This document shows, one piece after another, positions 61,539-64,000 of a stretch of DNA of 64,000 nt; position 1 is the first letter of the stretch; each line of letters opens with the position of its first letter. The DNA lies in the NCBI GenBank assembly GCA_964234715.1, contig OZ174282.1; one strand, written 5' to 3'. Position numbers and translations under genes: made by a program. The stretch comes from Podarcis melisellensis. Lineage: Eukaryota. The notes below the pieces were generated by a model that saw only the letters and a list, made by a program, of their open reading frames with translations, did not search any database and was not told the DNA's origin.

Positions 61539-61752
61539 CAGTGGTACCTCGGGTTAAGTACTTAATTCATTCCGGAGGTCCGTACTTAACCTGAAACTGT
61601 TCTTAACCTGAAGCACCACTTTAGCTAATGGGACCTCCTGCTGGCACCGTGCCGCCGGAGCCCAATTTCTGTTCTTATCCTGAAGCAAAGTTCTTAACCT
61701 GAAGACTATTTCTAGATTAGTGGAGTGTGTAACCTGAAGCGTATGTACACTG
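61539..61752. mobile_element. Tc1/mariner (Tigger-like) MITE
   Basis: ta|cagtggtacctcgggtt left end, repeated aacctgaa motifs, partly deleted right end cactg|ta; TA target duplication. Confidence 0.75.
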
Positions 61753-62570
61753 TAATATTGTAACAAAATCTTACACTTATAACAACTATATGCCCCAAGT
61801 TTAAAAGTTTCTTTTTTGTAAACCACTCTGAGGTGTTTTGTTTTTTACAATCAAGCAGCACATAAATTCCATGGAATAAATAAATATTTGTGATTAGGCA
61901 ACTGAACTAAATTATTGGAAATATTAGTGTTTCTATCTAATATTTGGTAAATGATATAACTGGAGAGGGGCAGTCTAATTTTATGCATGTTTGGAAGTGC
62001 AGCTGAATTCTATGGCCTGGATTTGCCCAGGACCACAGCCTTCATTTTAGAGAAAGTTTAAGAGAGATTTCTATAGCAAAATGCAATTGGGAAACGAATT
62101 GGGGTTTTTCATCAGCTCTCTCCCCCTCCACGGAAGGCAGCCAGCACCTTCCTTGTTCTGGAGCGCTGACTCTAGTCAGTAGGACCACAATGGGCTCCAG
62201 ATGGGGCCTACTTGTCCCTAGAATTGCTGGGCAAGAGCAGAACCTGGCAAAAATGTGGCATCTCTTGTCTCCAGTCCTTGCTCTACAGCTTGCAGAGGAA
62301 AAGAGTTGGGGATACTTTGCTGTAATCTCAAAAGTTGCAAGAGAGTTTAAGAGAAGCGTCGTTGGTCAGTGGCCACCTTCCTGCTCCTCCTGCACAACAG
62401 TTCAAAACACTCTGCCCTCTTCCCCGGCTAATCTGTCACTGATCAACCCTTCCTTTACATGAGCCTTTGCCCACCGCCCCCAAAGAAAGCACATGCCTTG
62501 AAACAAGCAAACTGGTCAGATTTGCCTAATCTGCTATGATTGCAGGGTGAGGATGCTTTTGATTCAGATC

Positions 62571-62576
<6 letters not shown>

Positions 62577-62614
<38 letters not shown>
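62577..62614. repeat. (CT)n(GT)n compound microsatellite
   Basis: Direct reading. Confidence 0.95.
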
Positions 62615-62989
62615 CGTGCTGTGCAACACCCATAGCGTATACAGGGCCAGCTCCAAACAAAACAAAACCTGCTGTTAACAGTTATCAACTTCACAAATCC
62701 CCACCAGACACTCTCTTTCAACAAGTCAAAAGAGACCTCCAAACTGCTGCTGACCTAAGCTGGTCCAAGAAAGAGAGCACTTCTCCAGTTCTATCCGCCT
62801 TTCCCCCTGCATTCAATGGAGCAGCAGCAGCAGCAAATGCCTTGGAAATTCATTTTCCACAAGGAAAGAAGTGAAATGTCATGATGGAAGAGTTTAGTCC
62901 TTGGCAACCAGGAGAAGGATGTTGCAAGAAGTGGGAGGTGGAGAGGATGGGGTTCCAAAGGGATGCAAAAACTTGGAGGATGCCAGGCA

Positions 62990-63639
62990 TTGCAACCCAT
63001 ATGGTTGTCGCCAATTGAAACAATTACAATTAAAAGAATAAACATGGATAGGCGGTGGGTGACCTAAAGAGATTTGTTGGACTTTTCGAGGAACAAACCC
63101 GGACTGAAACCACTGGAAGAAGTAAGGAGCCAAGTTACCGACTGGCTTCAGTATCACCAATTACATGATATGTTTAAATTAGATAAGAAAAATTGTGGGT
63201 TTTTTAAAAAGCTCTCAGTTTGAAAAAAGAGTTATTGACGAACAAGGAAAAATTATTCTCCAAAATGTATACACTGTTATTGGAATGGGAAACAAAAGAT
63301 GAGCTGATTCAGTAATCAATGACCCACTGGGCAATGGATATAGGATATAATATAGACTTAAACCTCTGGGAGAAACTTTGGGGGAAAACGATCTGAAATT
63401 TACTGGATGCTACACATTGAAAGAGAATTATATGAAAATGATCCATAGATGATATTTAACTCCGAGTAGATTAGCTAAGATGTATAAGGCGGAATCGGAC
63501 TTATGTTGGAAATGCAAAGAAGTAGAAGGAACTTTTTTCCATATGTTGTGGGTATGCAAAAAAGTTAAAGTATATTGGGAAATGATATATAATGAGATGA
63601 AAAAGATGTTTAAAACAACTTTTTTAAAAAAGCCAGTGG
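62990..63639 (+). mobile_element. L1-clade LINE ORF2 C-terminal fragment
   Basis: Reads YLTPSRLAKMYKAESDLCWKCKEVEGTFFHMLWVCKKVKVYWE (CCHC knuckle); an in-frame TGA replaces the conserved Trp at 63450. Confidence 0.85.
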
Positions 63640-64000
63640 CAGTGGCGTAGCGTGGGGGGTGCAGGAGGGGCCGGCCGCACCGGGTGCAACATCGGGGGGG
63701 GGGGCGCGCTCGCCACCTCCGGAGTCGCCGAAGAGCCTCGGGCGCAGGCTGTAGCAGAGCCCCATGTCTCGCGGAACTGACGAGCTGTGCGCGCGTCCGG
63801 GCTGAAGGCGTCCGGCAGGCAGCGGCTCTCAGCGCTCACCGCAGTCCCCGCGCGTCAGGGTCACGGAGGGTGCGCCAGGTAGCCCCGCCGCCGCCGCCGC
63901 CGCCGCTGCTGCTGCTGCTGCTGGGCCATGTTGCATTTTCCTCGCCTCTCTGCCCTCCTCCTCCGGGCAAGCGGCGTCGTTTGGGCGGCAGCGCCAGCGG
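63640..64000. mobile_element. GC-rich TIR-type element inserted into the L1 fragment (runs off window)
   Basis: Abrupt switch from AT-rich L1 to cagtggcgtagcg... terminus followed by CpG-dense sequence. Confidence 0.6.

Overview
Vertebrate genomic DNA, most likely a lacertid lizard (two full-length Sauria SINEs, squamate SINE/MITE families, CR1/L2/L1/RTE fragments). The window holds the complete coding region of MTSS2 (MTSS1L/ABBA, an I-BAR + WH2 protein) on the minus strand. It has 15 coding exons from the ATG at 56014 to the stop at 2030 (about 740 aa), including a 9-nt microexon that the ORF track misses. Upstream, beyond a CpG-island promoter, lies the last coding exon and 3' UTR of VAC14 on the same strand. 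There is no prokaryotic content, CRISPR array or RNA gene. The most interesting signals concern MTSS2 isoform structure: a candidate alternative first exon that would replace the N-terminal I-BAR helix, several candidate micro/cassette/poison exons behind long AG-free zones, and two in-frame donors on the Ser-rich exon. A TIR element in the last VAC14 intron appears to carry a captured CpG-island first exon. These are sequence-based hypotheses needing RNA-seq or alignment confirmation; I do not claim a wholly new system.
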